From a virus (Duplodnaviria > Caudoviricetes), in IMG/VR virus record IMGVR_UViG_3300044491_000791, positions 1 to 31,090 of that record: a stretch of DNA of 31,090 nucleotides. One strand, written 5' to 3'. The notes beneath the pieces are model-generated. The model did no database searches. It was given only the letters and a program-made list of their open reading frames with translations, and was not told the origin of the DNA. Positions 26,915-31,090 of the stretch are shown one piece after another; position 1 is the stretch's first letter; each line of letters begins with the position of its first letter. A program made the translations under genes and the position numbers.

Positions 26915-28729
26915 TTAATTTTTAACTGTAATTAAGGTATCGTATTCGGGCAAATATAGGTACTCTACATCACTTTTTGCAAGTGTTCTAATAGCATCGT
27001 CAAGTGTTTCAACTAATGGATCACCACCTAGGTTAAAACTAGTATTAAATACCATAGGAATCCCAGTCTTTTCTTTAAATGCTTTAATTAGATTATAGTA
27101 GTGTGGGTTTTGTTTTTCATTAACTGTTTGGATACGACAAGTGCCGTCTACATGAATGATAGCAGGAATCTTTTCTTCAATGCCTGGCTGACAGTTTACA
27201 GCATACATCATTGTAGGTGATGATTTCATACCACGTAAGTCAAACCATTCGTGTACATCTTCTTCAAGAATTGTTCCTGCAAAAGGACGGAAATACTCTC
27301 TACGTTTAACTTTGTTTACATGATCCTTACCATCTGGATCTGTTGGATCATACATAAAACTTCTATTACCTAAAGCACGTGGGCCATTCTCTGAACGTCC
27401 TTGAAAGATACTAACAATATTTCTTTCAGAAAGTAAATTAACAATATCTTCTTTAGTAATACTACGCACTTCTGCTTCATAACGATCGGCTGTTTCTTTA
27501 ATTTCTGCATCTGAATAACAATATGCAGGACCATTATACAGTGTGTCTCTTTGAGGTAAGACTGTTGAGTCATTAGTAACTAATCTGTGTTGTAATAGTG
27601 CCGCGCCCATTGCTGTGCCTGCATCATTTGATACTGGTTCAACATATAAATTAATACCTTCGTCTTTTAATTCTTCCAAGTACCAATAGTTTGCAACACA
27701 ATTTAATCCGTAGCCACCGCTTAATACAACATTTTTCTTACCAGACATTTCTACGGCTTTTTTAATTAAATCAGCAACTTGTTTTTGTGTCTGCGTTTGA
27801 CAAGCATATGCCATGTCTCTACGATTATCTAGTTTAGTAACGTCTTCTTCCTGTCCTTGTCGATCTCTAAGTAGTTCAAAATAATTACGATTAACATGAG
27901 CACCGTTAGGATACGTTGGAATAATTACATTTCTATTTGACAATGCACTTGTTTGATTACTTGTAAACAACTGTGGAAGATCACTATTAGTATTACCATA
28001 TGGAAATAGTCCCATAGTTTTTCCTGCTTCAATAAAACTAAATCCACAATAGTCTGTTACTGCTTCATATGTTTTAACAATACCAGCAGTTTCAGAAATT
28101 ACAATTTGAGGAATTGTATGACCTTCTTCTCCAAAGAAGCCGCCGTTAAAATCTTTAAATTCTCCGCCGACTAATGGACCTCTTGTTCCTAAATGTTTAT
28201 ATAAAGTTTTAAAGTTTCCTGGGAATTCACAGTCAATAATACTTTCTGTTTCCCATAATGTAGTTGGAGGATTATGTTCACCTTCTAATTGTGCTTCAAA
28301 GAATGTACCTGCGCCGTCAACTATAAGAGCAACTGCTTCCTCAAATCCTGAATTATAAAACCCTAGTGCCGCGTGTAATTTATGATGGAAATAACTATAA
28401 TCAATTACTTGAGGATGCTTAGGAAGTAGTTTAGGATCTCTATCAATTAAACCAAGTTTACGTGCAAGACCAGTATAAATGTCGTCACCAGTAAAATCTA
28501 TTTTTCCTGCTGTTGCTTCTAAACTTTGTGTATGTGCTACTACTAGATAATCTAACTTATCTGTATATTCAAGAATTTTGATCATAGATGCAAGTGGGCC
28601 GCCATCATACTTATGTCTACTTAAACGTTCTTCTTCAATAGAAAAAATTAATTCTCCATCTTTTAAAAGACAAACACCTGCGTTATGTCCTCTTGCTATT
28701 CCGGCAATCCAAATTGGTGGTTTTTTCAT
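26915..28729 (-). CDS. O-carbamoyltransferase (NodU/CmcH/TobZ family)
   Basis: EEERLSRHK, HHKLHA, VDGAG, GKTMGL, SGGYGLNC, NDAG, GRSENGPRALGNRS, REYFRPFA, HVDGTCRIQTV, NTSFNLGGDPLV. Confidence 0.95.
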   Translation of the reverse strand: MKKPPIWIAGIARGHNAGVCLLKDGELIFSIEEERLSRHKYDGGPLASMIKILEYTDKLDYLVVAHTQSLEATAGKIDFTGDDIYTGLARKLGLIDRDPKLLPKHPQVIDYSYFHHKLHAALGFYNSGFEEAVALIVDGAGTFFEAQLEGEHNPPTTLWETESIIDCEFPGNFKTLYKHLGTRGPLVGGEFKDFNGGFFGEEGHTIPQIVISETAGIVKTYEAVTDYCGFSFIEAGKTMGLFPYGNTNSDLPQLFTSNQTSALSNRNVIIPTYPNGAHVNRNYFELLRDRQGQEEDVTKLDNRRDMAYACQTQTQKQVADLIKKAVEMSGKKNVVLSGGYGLNCVANYWYLEELKDEGINLYVEPVSNDAGTAMGAALLQHRLVTNDSTVLPQRDTLYNGPAYCYSDAEIKETADRYEAEVRSITKEDIVNLLSERNIVSIFQGRSENGPRALGNRSFMYDPTDPDGKDHVNKVKRREYFRPFAGTILEEDVHEWFDLRGMKSSPTMMYAVNCQPGIEEKIPAIIHVDGTCRIQTVNEKQNPHYYNLIKAFKEKTGIPMVFNTSFNLGGDPLVETLDDAIRTLAKSDVEYLYLPEYDTLITVKN

Positions 28730-28730
28730 A

Positions 28731-29627
28731 TTAAAATCCTATGTATCCTACGTGTCTATAATCAACTATATGTTCTAGTATCTCTTCTTCAAACGAAATA
28801 AGATCTCGACACTTATCTTTTAGTTCATCTAGTTTTTTTACTGTACTATATTGTTTATCGTTATTTTCATTAGTAATGCCTAAACTTGGACGGAGAATTT
28901 GGTTAAGATACTCCCAATGTTGCCAATGACTAGGGTGCATTTCTGTCCAATTAGTATCTGTTTTTGGATCCCAGAATATATAGTTTCTTTCCGGAATGTT
29001 CCAAGCAAATAGTCCTAATGGTTTTATAAAGTTTTTATGATTTAATATATTATTATATACTTTTAATTGCTCATTGTCAATAAAAATATCTGCTTTTTCT
29101 TGTGTTTTTTCTCCATAGTCTGGAGCATCAGGCATATCAGTTCCTAGTTTGTTCATATTACCGATAGAAAGCATACGCCAAGTACACCCTGTACTTTCTA
29201 AAAGCCCTTGAGCAAGTGCAATACTATTCATTCCGTGTATAAAGAAACTGTCTTCGTCCCAAAATGTTTGAATCCAATGATCATCATAACATACTTCTCG
29301 ATTCATGTAATTAAAAATACTGCCTTTAGTTTTCCAACCTATTTCATCTGTATTCCTAATAGCATCTCCTCGCTTACCTTTAAACTCTACTGTTCTAAAT
29401 GTATGCCAATCGTTACGTGTATGTGTGCTCCATTGTACAATTACAACATCGTCTTTTGTAAATTTATTTTTAGCATGACATTCTGCTATTCGTTGTGCTA
29501 TTGCTCTATTTCCTAATCCCGGAAACGCCCAATTTTCATAATGATCAAATTCATAACCAAGAAAGTCTGCATATGTTGGCCAAGAGTACATTGTAAAACT
29601 ACATCCAAATGCAAATAACCTTTTCAT
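28731..29627 (-). CDS. SGNH/GDSL-like hydrolase or acyltransferase, paralog 1
   Basis: FGCSFT (block I-like), PGLGN (block II-like), VIVQWS, C-terminal EMHPS. Confidence 0.6.
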   Translation of the reverse strand: MKRLFAFGCSFTMYSWPTYADFLGYEFDHYENWAFPGLGNRAIAQRIAECHAKNKFTKDDVVIVQWSTHTRNDWHTFRTVEFKGKRGDAIRNTDEIGWKTKGSIFNYMNREVCYDDHWIQTFWDEDSFFIHGMNSIALAQGLLESTGCTWRMLSIGNMNKLGTDMPDAPDYGEKTQEKADIFIDNEQLKVYNNILNHKNFIKPLGLFAWNIPERNYIFWDPKTDTNWTEMHPSHWQHWEYLNQILRPSLGITNENNDKQYSTVKKLDELKDKCRDLISFEEEILEHIVDYRHVGYIGF

Positions 29628-30532
29628 TAAAACCCTCTATAAACTGGTTTGAAATCTATATTGTTATAGATTGCTTCTTGAAATTCTAGGAATTCATTAT
29701 AATCTTTTTTTAGATCTCTAATCTTGTCACTAACATTCTTTTTATAAAAACTTAGATCTAAATCTAAATCTAAACTAGGTTCTACAACATCTTTTACATA
29801 ATAATAATGTTGTTTATGACTAGGATGAACTTCTAACCATGTACCTTGATTATTTCTAAATTCATAACTATCATCACCATTATTCCAACTATATAATCCA
29901 ATTGGAGTTAGCCAATTTTTATTTTCTAATACAGGTTTGTATATATTAAATTCAGGTTTAGATTTAAAAATGTCATCTTTATCTGAAATATTTTCGTCTT
30001 GTGCATTAGGGATATCTGTACACATTTTTTGGAAGTTACCAATACTAGTCATACGCCATTTACATCCTGTACTTTCTAAAAGTCCTTGAGTTAGTAGCAT
30101 ATCATTTAGACTATACATCATATAACTGTGTTCATCCCAAAAAGTATTAACCCAGTGATTGCTATAAACATATTGTCTATTACTAGCATTAAAAATACTT
30201 CCTTGGGTTTTCCATCCAATGTTTGAGTTGTTTCTAAACCATACGTGTAGGAAACTATCAGGATTAAACTGCATAGGAATAAACGTATGCCAGTCGTTTC
30301 TAATATGTGTACTCCATTGTACTAGTACTACATCATCTTTTGTGAAATTGTTTTTTACATGACATTCTGCAATACGTTCAGCAATCGCACGATTTCCTAA
30401 TCCTGGAAATGCCCAGTTTTCGTAATGTTCAAAATGATCGCCTAGAATATCTGCATACGTTGGCCACGCATACATAGTAAAACTACATCCAAAAGTAAAG
30501 AGTCTACTTTTTCTTTTTGTTGGATTCTGCAT
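29627..30532 (-). CDS. SGNH/GDSL-like hydrolase or acyltransferase, paralog 2
   Basis: Same motifs: FGCSFTMY.WPTYAD, HYENWAFPGLGNRAIA, QGLLESTGC.WRM.SIGN, EVHPSH. Confidence 0.6.
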   Translation of the reverse strand: MQNPTKRKSRLFTFGCSFTMYAWPTYADILGDHFEHYENWAFPGLGNRAIAERIAECHVKNNFTKDDVVLVQWSTHIRNDWHTFIPMQFNPDSFLHVWFRNNSNIGWKTQGSIFNASNRQYVYSNHWVNTFWDEHSYMMYSLNDMLLTQGLLESTGCKWRMTSIGNFQKMCTDIPNAQDENISDKDDIFKSKPEFNIYKPVLENKNWLTPIGLYSWNNGDDSYEFRNNQGTWLEVHPSHKQHYYYVKDVVEPSLDLDLDLSFYKKNVSDKIRDLKKDYNEFLEFQEAIYNNIDFKPVYRGF

Positions 30533-31090
30533 TTTTTCCTGTTTTAATCATATTATCAACAGATTCAAGAATGATATCTTCAATTTTTTCATTCATATGC
30601 ATAATACCTTCATTAGTTCTATCAGACCATTCGTCCATAGTAATTCTAATAGGACTATAAACTCTTGCGCCTTCACCCATATCTAAAATATCATGTTTTA
30701 CTTCATTTGGATATGAAATGTTTTCTTTAAAAGTAGAACCAACTACAACTGTTGCTGTCTTGTCAAGAGCATATGCAATATGTTGGCCAACACTATCACA
30801 ACCTAAGAAGTGATCTGCGGCATTGATAATTCCACACCAGAACCTAAGTTCAATATTTTGTGGGATTGCAATAGGTTGTTTAACACCATGCTTATTAAAC
30901 TCGATGCCAATTTCGCTCATAAAAATTACACCGTATTTTTTGCTAAGTTTATTAACAATATTAATTACGTTGTCTGCTTCAAAACTTCTACCACTTGGAT
31001 CAACAATCATTCCGTTTTCGTGAATTGTTCCTCTACCAAATGGTTGAAACACAATTACTTTATCCTTGCCGGTTTTTTCTTTTACTTCAG
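30504..31090 (-). CDS. GT9 (heptosyltransferase-like) glycosyltransferase, C-terminal part; 5' end outside window
   Basis: Frame open to window end (EVKEKTGKDKVIVFQPFG); II..ADHFLGCDSVGQHIAYAL...A.VV.G matches the GT9 DSG..H.A.A motif. Confidence 0.75.
   Translation of the reverse strand, partial: EVKEKTGKDKVIVFQPFGRGTIHENGMIVDPSGRSFEADNVINIVNKLSKKYGVIFMSEIGIEFNKHGVKQPIAIPQNIELRFWCGIINAADHFLGCDSVGQHIAYALDKTATVVVGSTFKENISYPNEVKHDILDMGEGARVYSPIRITMDEWSDRTNEGIMHMNEKIEDIILESVDNMIKTGKNAESNKKKK

Noticed and set aside
29752-29775. AATCTA-type short tandem repeat
   Set aside because: Simply encodes LDLDLDL in an AT-rich gene
1113-31023. Many short ORFs in the track antisense to or nested in long genes (e.g. 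1113..1343, 5447..5863, 15548..15856, 19670..20101, 29208..29516)
   Set aside because: Shadows of well-supported genes; no SD/late box or recognisable motifs
31050-31052. Track start (GTG) of the last ORF
   Set aside because: The frame stays open to the window end, so the gene is truncated rather than starting here
1-31090. Stop-codon reassignment, tRNA or other ncRNA genes
   Set aside because: Standard-code ORFs tile the window with full-length conserved proteins; intergenic gaps are short and no cloverleaf was recognised

Overview
This 31-kb window is an AT-rich, densely coding segment of a large T4-like (contractile-tailed) phage genome; the host cannot be determined from this window. 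The left part is a rearranged morphogenesis module: large and probable small terminase, gp4 head-completion nuclease, tail tube and a tube-fold paralog, an enlarged 1089-aa sheath, dNMP kinase, and neck/tail-terminator proteins gp13/14/15. The right part mixes giant virion fibre genes (2223 aa and ~345 aa) with sugar and acyl-transfer enzymes. These are a Nudix hydrolase, HldE, HldD, a cupin, a NodU/CmcH carbamoyltransferase, two SGNH-like paralogs and a GT9 (heptosyltransferase-like) glycosyltransferase truncated by the window end. The best candidate for an undescribed system is a phage ADP-heptose glycosylation and tailoring pathway apparently linked to late virion genes; its target is inferred, not shown. 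Thirteen T4-late-type (N)NTAAATA promoter boxes are visible, several only 4-5 nt from the ATG, which suggests leaderless late mRNAs. One near-consensus sigma70 promoter and two intrinsic terminators are also present. No tRNA, rRNA, CRISPR array or integrase was recognised.
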